Both the position numbers and the translations under genes were made by a program. Under the pieces are notes generated by a model, which was given only the letters and a program-made list of their open reading frames with translations, did no database searches and was not told the DNA's origin. DNA of 64,000 nucleotides, taken from contig JAAOMT010000289.1 of NCBI GenBank assembly GCA_016748015.1, forward strand, positions 755,639-819,638. The letters are read 5' to 3'. Shown here piece by piece: positions 53,624 through 64,000 of the stretch (the stretch's first letter is position 1; every line of letters begins with the position of its first letter). This stretch comes from Geosiphon pyriformis uo1. Taxonomy: Eukaryota > Fungi > Glomeromycota.

Positions 53624-55912
53624 TTTTTTTTTATTTAAAAGTTTAATGAATATTAGTTTAATTACTATTTAAAAGTTAAAAATAAACTAAATATTTTAAT
53701 ATTAAATATAGTTTACATACTTTTTATATATAATCAATTATTTAAACCAGTTTAAGTTATACTATATTGATACTCTAGAAAAAAACTTATTTAAAGACAA
53801 TATTCTTTGAATAATTTCAAATAATATAGTACTATTACTAACTAATCTAATCAACTATTTGACTGTTTTTAAAACATTAAACTTAATACTAATATATTTA
53901 TGTTTTTATAGTTAATATTAAATTAGAAAACATATTATCATTAATAATAGATAAATCTATGTGAAAATTAAACATATTAATATTTTTATAGTCATGCTTA
54001 ATTTTTAATACAACTACTTTATTCCAACTTATTAACTATTTTGCTAAAAATACTTATATGTATCAAAATTTTATTGACTTTAAAGCCAAGTATACTACTT
54101 AAAACCAGATTATTATTAATAAATTATTCAAGCACAACAACCAAAAATCTGACTGGTTTAATAATAGATTTAATCAGAACAAAAAGCTTGACCAAATCAA
54201 ATTTCAAAAAGACCAACTGAAAAAAAACTGCAAAAACATTAGCCAACATATTAGTAAAAAAAGCAAAGCCAATTAGAAAGCTAAAAACTAAAAAAAAACA
54301 CAAAAACAACAGCCTTGGTATAAGACTTAATATCAACAAAACAAGGCATAAAAGCTTTAGAATTTTTGAAAAGAGAAGATAAAAACACTTTATAATTAAC
54401 AGCTAAATAGTTTAAGACTTAATACTTAAAGCAGTATTAATATCAAAAAGTTTTTTACTAGATACAATATTTCTTTAAAGTACCAGTTTTAACAATAGCA
54501 ACATTCAAATTACTTTATAAGTTAAATATAATTAGATTAAACTAAAAACAATAACCAAAATTAAATAAACAAAGAATAAAACAAGTTTGATTACCAACTT
54601 AAAAAATTATATCACTGATTTTATAGACAATATAGCCAAAAAAAAATTTACCAACTTGGTTTTTAACTTATTATAAGACAGAATAGTTTTATTTTAATTT
54701 ATAAAAGAAAAAATTTTAATATTATTTTTGTTTAACAAAATTAACCAATAATTCAAAGCAAATGCAATAGCATTTAAAATTTTGAAGTAAATTACTACAT
54801 ATTACCAAATGCTAGCTGGCTTTAATACAACATAAAAAATCTTATCAAACACACTAAAAACTATCTTAATATTAGCAACAGATATACTTAAAAACATATT
54901 ATACAATATAATAATAACAAAAAAAAACCAAATTCAGAAATCACCAAAAATTTGGCAATTTTAAGAGTGATCAAGTAAACAAAACTTGTAAATTCAACCA
55001 AAAATACAGTTTTTAAAGATTTCTGTAAAGTAAATTCCATACAAAAAAGTTTTATATTGTCTTTTAATATTGATTTTATATTCAAAAAACCATATATAAA
55101 TTAGAAAACAGTCTTAATATAAGCCAATTTAATTTTAAAAATAACACTAAGTATCAAAGTAAAGATTATTTACTCAGCAAACTTTTAATAACTAGTAATA
55201 GTTTTTCAAGTATTATCAATAGCAATACCAGAAACCAAAAAAGAAATTAAATCAGTTTTTATTTAATTAATCTATTTTTTAAGAATAGATAATTCAACAG
55301 AAGACTATTGTTTTACTTTTAAAACCAATAATTATCTATCAAAAAATACTATATTTAGCAATATAACTTATAATTAATCTTAGTCTATCTTAGATAATAG
55401 ACTGAATAATACAATAGAGATTTTATTTAAGATTTTATTAGTAACCACAAAAGAATTTAGTGTAACAATAACAGAGATAAGCAACTGTTTTCATTTTTTT
55501 GAGTTTTTGGTCTTTTTGACCATTTTTTTAAAAAAATAGTACTAAAAATACCAAATGTAAAGACTATAGAAAAAAAAATTAACTTGTTAATTAGTTTGTT
55601 ATTAAAAACTTTTAAGTTTTTGAAAAGAGTAAAGAAAACATTAAGATTAATTCAAGTGTATTTTTTTGAAAAAACTTTGACTGGTAAAAAACCAGTCAAA
55701 GATAAAAAAATTGTTTCAATGATTATCAAAAACAGTTTTTATTATTACTAGTTAAAAAAAGCTTTTAAAATATTTTGCTTAACTGTTTTTACAACAAAGA
55801 AAACTTTTTTAGTTAAAACTTTGTAAGATACCAAAGATAAAGTACCAATAGTAACTTTTTTATTTTTTGCTTTAGTTATAGTCATAAAATTAAGAAAACA
55901 AAAAGTTTTTTT
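53624..55912 (-). mobile_element. Second complete ORF1-only element (~2.3 kb), decayed, with divergent C-terminus
   Basis: 5' aaaaactttttgttttcttaattttATGact matches 44597-44627; ORF 54888-55085 matches 45427-45620; decayed 3' tail 53633-53762 plus poly(A); no ORF2 in between. Confidence 0.8.
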
Positions 55913-56204
55913 AAAATATATAATAATAAATATCTAAATTAAATATAATTTACATATTTTTTACATATAATCAATTATCTAAGCCAATTAAAACTATATT
56001 TTATTTAATTTATAAAAGTAAACTTATATAAAACAATTATTTTTTGCATAATAATAATTAAACTAATATTATTAAAAACCAAATTAATTAATTATATAGC
56101 AGTTTTATTTGTATTAAACTTATTATTAAAAGTTTAAAGTTTTTAAAAAATTATTATTTTAATAAAATATTTTTATTAACAAAAAAACTCAAATTAATAT
56201 TTTT

Positions 56205-57155
56205 TATTATTATTATTTAATGAGTAAAATTCAACTGCTATCTAATACATAAAACCAAACTAAATGACTTAAACTAAATATGATTTATATTTTTGTTAAA
56301 TATAATCAATTACTCAAACCAAACAAGACAACATTAAACATTTATATTAATATTTATATTATTATTCAAACCAGAAAAAAAAAAGCACAGCTTGAATCAA
56401 TTAAAACTAACCACAAAAAATTTTATAATACCAAGCAATTAAATCACTCTATTAAATAATATAAATATTATATTACAAGACAAATCTAATACCAAACTAT
56501 TATTTCTGATCAATCTATTTTTTTTTATATTTATACTATATTTAGATCTTATAAATTATATCTTAATATAATATAATTTTACTAGTTGTTTTATATATTT
56601 AACAATAGTAGAAGCAGTTTTTTTTTTTATCAAAAACTATAACAGCACAAATTTTTTGTAAAATATTATATATAAACTTATATTTAAAGAATATTTAAAA
56701 AATGTCTACAAAACAGCAGAAAAAAATCAGTTACAAGCATCTACTAAAAAAACCTATTGTTTAAAAGTGTTTGCTAAAATTTTTTCTTAAATATTATTAT
56801 TTTTAATACAAGTAAAGATATAATCTAAAAATTCTATTTTATTATACAGCAAACACAGCATATTTGAATATGTTTTATTATATAATCTCTTTTTAATTAC
56901 TATTAGCAGTTATTTATGTATTATTTTTATTAAGTACATACACAAATTGGCAGATTTTTTACCAGTAAATTCAGAAAACATATGTAAATCAGAGTACTAA
57001 ATCTTTACAGTAATTGACTAATTTATCTTTCTAATAATTATACTTAAAATTACATTATAATCAAGACTAGTCTTCTATTAAGCACAACAAATAAACTTGC
57101 ACAAATTATGAATAAAATAATAAGCATTACTAAATACAGCTGTGTCTTCAGTTAC
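56205..57155 (-). mobile_element. Decayed 5'-truncated LINE (ORF2 C-terminus and 3' tail)
   Basis: Minus strand shows remnants of DLHMFSEFTGKKSANLCMYLIK and a tail matching 33780-33900. Confidence 0.75.
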
Positions 57156-57212
57156 TATAATATGTTCACTTATTATTAAATATATTATATATTTTTTTGA
57201 TTAATTTATTAA

Positions 57213-57604
57213 GTGTGCTCCCTTAGTCTTGCTTTTCAGGAGAATATCTGGTTGGTTCACACTAAACATTGTGTCTATATGAAGAAGAATAAGTTGATTT
57301 TTCTTGATGGTTCAACTCCCATTTTGGTTTCTAGTTTGGTTTTAGGACTTTCTGCTGGTGTGGTTAAATTACTTGGCATTGATAAGGCTTTTGGCATGTA
57401 TTTTGGCTTTTGCCAGTCTGGTTTCTTTTTTTTTGGCATAGATAATCTGGTTTCAGTTCATATAGCTGCGTAGTGTTGTTTTGATTGGCCTGAATGACTG
57501 GTTATATATAGAAAGTATATGATTCATACCTAGTATAGACTATTTCTTTGATGTATGGAACTAGACAGTGTTTGGATTTTATTCATTAAGCAATAAAAAA
57601 AAAA
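57213..57604 (+). mobile_element. 5'-truncated LINE (end of ORF2, 3' tail, poly(A))
   Basis: SLAFQENIWLVHTKH...LSAGVVKLLG...VSVHIAA matches the 8885-9140 C-terminus; tail matches 46753-46870. Confidence 0.88.
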
Positions 57605-57609
57605 TTTTT

Positions 57610-57757
57610 ATTAAAAAAAGCCTAAAATAAAATTTTTATATAAAAATTAAATAATTTAAATTTTAAAATATTAATAGTTAAAAGTTTTTTATTAAATACA
57701 AATTTTTATTAAAAAACTAATTTTAATAATAATATTATTTAATTTAACTTAAAAACC

Positions 57758-57797
<40 letters not shown>

Positions 57798-59162
57798 TAT
57801 CTTAATTATAAAATAAAATTAAAAAACAAAAAAATAAAACAATTAATAATTATATATTTAAAAAACCAATTTATTAATTTTTAAAAAAGTACAACCAGAA
57901 AAAAATTATTATTTGACTTTAAAATATTTTTTAAAATAATAATTTCTTTTTAATTTAAAAAAAATTTTAATATTGTTTTTTTTTACAAAAACTAATTAAT
58001 AAGTTATAATATTTAAAAACATATGTAATTTGAAATATACAATATTATATTATTATTATTTAACAAATTTTAACTGAATTTAAAAGATTTTACCAAAAAT
58101 ATTTATAGTATTTTTGATATTATAAAAAGCAATAACAACAAAAACAGAATCAAAATCAGATATTATAAAAGATTTTACAATTTTAAAAATAATAAAAAAA
58201 GTAAATTAATAGACTTAATCTGTATAATAATATTTAAAAAAGATTAAAATACAAATTTTACACAGAAAAATTTAATATTGTCTTTAGTAATCAATTTTAA
58301 ACCAAGAAAATTATGTAAAAATTAGAATATAAACCAGTTTAATTTTAGCAGTTTTATTAAAAATTACGTAAAAACCACATATCTAAATAATTAATAATAA
58401 TTTATTAAAATTAACAGTATTTTTAGAAAAAAAAAAGAAAAAATGTTTTGGGTTTTATTTAATTAATTTAGTTCTTAAAATTAAATAGTTTAATAAATTA
58501 ATTAATTAAAGTTAAATGCAAAAATATAACTTGTTTAGCTTTTAAAATTGAAAAAAATTAACCAAAATTTAATGTATTAAGCAATTTAGTTATATATTAA
58601 TCAAAGCCAATTATAATATTCAATTTTAATTTGGTTGTAAACAATAATTTTTGTTATTTAAATAATAATAATAGCAATATATTTACTAAAATTAGGACAA
58701 TTATAACAAAGCTGGTATAAACACCAAAAAAAAAATAAAGCCAATTTTTTATTTTTTACAAAAGAAAAACCGACTTTAATGTAAAAGTAATGTTTTTTAT
58801 TTCTTTGGTTTTTCTGGCCATTTAAGCAGATGTCAAAAAAAGTCACAAAAAAGAAAAATAGCTTGGCTATCAATTAGCTATTGAAGATTTTTAGACTTTT
58901 TATGGCAATAGCAAAAATAACTTTGGGTGGAGAAAGGCTTTTACTTAAAACCAAAAATAGTTTTTTTTTGCAGTAGTCAAAGACTGTTTTATCTCAATAT
59001 TACTTAAAAAAAACACTTTAAAAAAATGCTGTTTAGTTATTTCTACTTTTGAGAGAGCTTCTTAAGTATTAAAACAATTAAAAACAACAAAAAAATAGGG
59101 TTTGCCTCTTTTTTTACTCTTTGCTCTAAGTGTGGTCATAAAAATACAAAAGAAAAAAGGAT
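57610..59162 (-). mobile_element. Decayed 5' part of another MTT-type ORF1 element
   Basis: Starts ATG ACC ACA CTT AGA GCA AAG AGT AAA (MTTLRAKSKK); ttctggttgtact at ~57890 is identical to 45873; 3' end not resolved. Confidence 0.68.
57758..57796. repeat. (AAT)n microsatellite
   Basis: Direct reading; similar runs at ~15556-15585, 43262-43282 and 59168-59198. Confidence 0.9.
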
Positions 59163-59167
59163 TCTAA

Positions 59168-59200
<33 letters not shown>

Positions 59201-60253
59201 AGATAAAGGTACAATAGTGTACCTTATTTTTAAGCAATAAAAAAAATTGTAAAATCTAACCAATTTATTGGTAAAATTTATTAAAAATAATTTTATTGAA
59301 TATAGATTAAAAATAAGAAGTGAAAAATATTATTAAATACAATATTAATATTTACAATTTAAATAGGAAAAAACAACATTAATTTTATCAATAGCAACGA
59401 AATTTTCTAATAAGTTTTCTTAGGTTACTTATACTCATTCCATGCAACGATTTTAATTGTTTGTAACAGTCAAAGCCTCTGAATTCACAAGTATAATTAG
59501 CAAGGAATTAGGTTTATTTAAAAAAATTTGTATTCATGAATTTTTCTCTGATTAAAATTTATATTCTTTGATAAGTGAAGTTTGATCTTTTGAATGGTGG
59601 TGACTCTTGCATCTGACAAAAAAGTATTTGGTTGACATTGGCCATTTGGAATAAACGTAAAAGATTATACGAATTAAGAATGGTTGAGCTTATTTGTTTA
59701 ATTTAAGGTAGCGAAATTTGAAACAAGTTTTTTCGAATTGTTATTTCAAAATTGATAAATGAAATGGCGGAGTTCTCAGTAATAGGTTATATTTTTATTT
59801 CCCTAAAATCTATATAAACTATTCCAGTTATAATAGTATTCTATTTCTCGCATGGTCTTCTTTCTTTAAAATCAAACATAATGAATTTTATTTTATATCA
59901 AAATTCAATCGATGCTATTGATATTTTACTTTAGGATTTATGGAAGACAAAAAAGCTTAATACATCCTAAATTTGAATATATTGAACCCCTTCAGATCAA
60001 ACTTTTTCCAACGTGGTAAAGTGGATGAATCTTACTGAGACTCCGCTAAAAAATAATCAATTTACAATCACAAAATAAAGTGCCAATCAACCTTAAAAAG
60101 GACCTTTCCCGGTTATTGCATTTTTCGTAAATTTTGTGGACTGTCTTGAGCTAGAAAACATTCGCTTAAACATACCTCATTTACAAATAAAAGGCTTTTC
60201 TTTTATAAAGTTCAATATTTTAATGTCAAGATTATTCTAAATAAATGTTTTAG

Positions 60254-61384
60254 TGGATGCGCAAGTCTTCAAAACAACTAAAATTAATAACGAGGCTTCT
60301 TCCATTTTATTAATAATATTTGTCGGAAAAGTAAACATTTTTAGTTTTTATGCTTGCTATACTATTTTTTTTATCAAGAAAGAAATTAAATAATATGAAT
60401 AACTCTTTTTTCCCAACAAGAAATTAACAAAGCAACAATGGACTTCTAGAAATCCAAAATTAGTGGAACCACAATTTACAGGCCTCCCATTTTATCCCAA
60501 GGGGGCGGAACGTGTTGATTCACAAGTGTTAAAAGATGTAAAACTTCTATTCCCTCAATTAAAAAAAGTTATTCGAAGGTACCTAAGTAACACTTTAGGG
60601 TATAGAATCGATGAAATTATGTTTATTGGACATGGCCTTGGTGGAGGTTTGTTACCGAAATTATTTCAGTATTTCAGTATTTCAGTATTTTTAGTAGTCA
60701 AAAGTAAACTTCAATTCAAATTTACTTTTCAATAATATAAACTGTATTTTCAATATAACAGGATATGCTTCAATTGCTGGTTTTCAGTGGGCACTTGAAA
60801 GATATGTAATTATAGTAGAGAAAGAATGGCCTGATATTGATTTAAGCAAAACTTATCATCAAGTCGTTACTTTTGGAGCTCCGAGAGTTGCAAATAAGGA
60901 ATTTAGTATATCCCTAAACCAAGTAATCCAGCATTACCGCTTCACCCATGGAAACGATCATGTTCCACACTTTCCATCGACTTCAATGGGGTGGAACCAT
61001 TTTGGTATTGAAATATGGATCGAGCCATTAAACGGATGTGATTGTCCTGAGGATAATCAAAGCATGTATTGGGATTGCAATCACTCTATGCTTTCAACGG
61101 CGGGAACAAGGCAAAGCTGGATTGCTGGGATTTATTCTAATGAGAATCAAGTTAGTGTGAAGCTATATGGTTATGTTAATTCTCAGATGTATAGTAAATT
61201 TGAAAACTTATCCTTTTTATTTTAGGAATGTAACGCAGGTCAATCAATAGACAGCACCTCAGATGGAATTTTTCAATATAGGTCTTATTTTAACGTTCAA
61301 ATTGGTAATTGCGAATCAATCGACAATAATTTAAAAGTTGAAGAAGCTTTGAAAATATTTGTGAATAAGATTGAACATATCTAG
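60254..61384 (+). CDS. Class-3 lipase-like protein, catalytic residues altered; upstream exons (59.4-60.2 kb) appear disrupted, so possibly a pseudogene
   Basis: FIGHGLGG, VVTFGAPRVANKEF, RFTHGNDHVPHFP, WNHFGIEIWI, ENQECN; four spliceable exons ending TAG at 61384. Confidence 0.75.
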
Positions 61385-62221
61385 TTTTATAACTTTATTT
61401 ATTACAATTTCAGAATTTTTACACTTTAATCGAGCAAGAATAAAAATCGTTTAAAGGCTAATAGAATCAATTTAATCTGATGTTTGCTTCTTATAATGGC
61501 TATTCACTAACTTGAATATATTAATTCGACTTTAAAATTATTGTTTATGCGTATATTTAATATGGATGTATTTTTGAATCCGCCTATTAGTAGATAAATA
61601 TCTTTTAAATATTGAAATATTTTCTTTTTCAGAAAGTAAACACATTTTTACTAATGATCATTACTTGGAAAAATCTTTACAATTCTTTCAATGCTTCTTT
61701 ATCTCTTAAATATAACCGGGGATAGGAATAAGGTTTTGTAAGAAAGCAAAGATGATTTGTGTTATGTAGTTATAGGTATTTTAATTAGAAATATTATTTT
61801 CACCGGTTCATCAATTATTACTTTCCACTTAATCAGGATGTTACCAATGAAATTGTGTATCAAGTAGTATATGCTCAAAATTTTCATTGTACTATAATAA
61901 CTAAAATTATATGTAGTAATGAAAATCATAATGATTGCCCCGAAATTCTTTTATTTTAAATTTATCCTTAGAATTAGCTCTCCAATTTCTAATTTTTATC
62001 ATGTTAAAATCATTCAGATGGAATCCTAGAAATCATATCACTTGGAATTGTGCCCCATAAGATAAAGAAGGTAAACTATCTTCATCATTGATAGGTTCAT
62101 AATATATAAAATTATCCTTTGTAGAAAATTTTTCATCTACTATTATTATATCATGGGATCTTTTCACTATCAAAAAGAATTTGGTTAAATTTAGAGAAAG
62201 TTTGAGATTTGACTAAAATAA

Positions 62222-63948
62222 TCACTTTACATTCTTACCATTTGAATTTTCACTCATTTCAACTAATGCTTTTAACACTTCTTCAATGCTAGGCCGTTGT
62301 TCTGGTTGTTCGTCCCAGCAACGCTGATAAAGTTGCATATATTCGGGAGGAGTTCCCGGTATTGGTTTTTCCCTTTCACCTGTAATTGCTTTATAGGCCA
62401 CCACATCTTTTGGAAGTCCCCGAAAAGGTGGAACCCCACTGGATATTTCCCACATTAATACACCAAAACTGAAAATATCTGACCGTTTGTCGCGTATGTA
62501 ATTGTTTAGATCATTCAAGAATTTGGGCTCAGTGTAAGCTGCTATACCACCAATAATTGACTTTGATTGGTCGATTGAGACGACTTCAAGATATCGAGAA
62601 ATCCCAAAGTCTGCGATCACCCATTTCCCATCGTCTAGAAGAACATTTTTATGATGCTGCCAAGTAGAAATTATCAATGAATTTGAATTTGAATTTGAAA
62701 CTGAATTTGAATTTGAATTTGAATTTGAATTTGAATTTGAATTTAAATTCGAAACCTGAAATTACCAAATCACGATGAGCGATGCCTTCTTTGTGAATAC
62801 AGCATAAACCGAGTGCTATTTCCGTAGCAATTTTAATTCGTCGTTGCCAGGTCAAATTTGAGGAATTCTTTTCCAAGAATGATTTTAATGTTCCTCCATT
62901 AGCATATTTCATTACGATACAATACTCATCGGTATTAGGAACTAGATCAAGTGAAAGAATCGATCATATTTATTATAAGTTAGAACAGTTCCTTCATATT
63001 AGCCTAAATTTTAATTCTACATCTACCTACTTTTACTAACACCACAAAAGCTCACAATATGATGGTGATAGCCGACTTTTTGAAGTAGTTGAATCTTGAA
63101 GAAATTTATTTTCATTAAAATGAGATTTTTATTTAAAATTTTATAAATCTCTCCCTTTTAAATATCAAAGAATTGAATTCACTCACCTCACTAACTAAAA
63201 GTTCAATAGAGCTTTTCCTTTCCAGTGGTTTGATTATCTTTATAGCTACTTCATATTGCAAACTTTTCCACATAGCTTTTATAACATCACCAAACGCGCC
63301 ACCTTGAATCGTTTCAACTTGTTCGAAATCCGAATAATCAATTAATTTAACATGACGATCATCGATCGATTTATTCAACCATTCATTCGCTTTAGAGCTT
63401 TTCGTTTGGCACCTTGTAATTGAGATTTCTTTTTTACTACTATTGATTTCTTTTTTACTACTGTCAATTTCTTTTTTACTACTATTGATTTCTTTTTTGC
63501 TATTATTATTTTCTTTTTTATTACCATTAATTTCTTTCACAAACTCTGCTAATAGTTCCCATCCAAATGTATAACTATCCATCACACCCTTTACCACATA
63601 ATAACAGGTACTCGCCACAATTTTATCGTTTACTTTCCCCAATTCTTTACATTCATGGGCAGTCTTGAAAATATTTCCAATTGTAGGACTGGCATAAGTA
63701 TCAAGCTCTTGGCCAAAAGATCGCCATCGTCGAGTCATCGCTGAACTATCTACCAACCTCACATCAACTGGATCGGTATGAATTAAATATTTTGTCCCGT
63801 TATCTGTGGTTACTAATACTCCTAAATGACAACCTTGGTTAAGATGGTCACCGTGATCGTCTGATAATGGCTTTGGGTCACCACCCATTAGAATACGTCC
63901 CATCGGTTGAAGTTTTATTCCTTTTTTCTGGAATATCGCTTTCATCAT
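62222..63948 (-). CDS. Tyrosine-kinase-like (TKL) protein kinase with N-terminal accessory domain, 4 exons
   Basis: GGAFGDV, VAIK, HRDL|HHKN across an intron, IADFG, AYTEP, SDIFSFGVLMWEISSG, CWDEQPEQRP. Confidence 0.92.
62679..62750. repeat. (GAATTT)n hexanucleotide repeat in a kinase intron
   Basis: About 11 units between the GT donor after HRDL and the AG acceptor before HHKN. Confidence 0.9.
63420..63520 (-). repeat. 21-bp coding tandem repeat (KKEINSS x4-5)
   Basis: NKKENNNSKKEINSSKKEIDSSKKEINSSKKEIS in the kinase linker. Confidence 0.85.
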
Positions 63949-64000
63949 GGAATAGTAAATTCAAGAAAAAATTTTAACAACGAATCTTACGAAGGTGGGT

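Noticed and set aside
62649-62790. FKFKFK low-complexity peptide in ORF 62649-62912
   Set aside because: Read-through into an intronic hexamer repeat; splicing restores HRDLHHKN.

Overview
Eukaryotic, intron-rich fungal DNA. The gene content (TKL kinase with HRDLHxKN, class-3 lipase-like gene, dUTPase-bearing Gypsy) suggests Glomeromycotina, possibly Geosiphon-like; this is inference. Three CpG-containing gene islands alternate with nested retroelement piles: 17.0-21.5 kb (PHAF1/UPF0183, TOM40), 34.9-42.9 kb (RPA34, CRIPT, F-box, two Myb/SANT genes) and 59.9-64 kb (lipase-like, TKL kinase). The piles contain a degenerate Ty3/Gypsy with dUTPase and an extra 3' ORF, two full-length ~6.8 kb LINEs (ORF1 + APE-RT-RNaseH-CCHC) with TSDs, truncated LINEs and a tandem three-LTR non-autonomous element. 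Most notable is a family of ~2.3 kb ORF1-only non-LTR elements with their own TSD and poly(A). They share a ~120-nt, probably pseudoknotted 3' RNA tail with the autonomous LINEs. Old repeats have decayed to ~8% GC with a 5'-context bias (ApC survives, TpC/CpC/CpG lost, CpA not depleted), unlike classical CpA RIP. All coordinates and alignments were made by eye.
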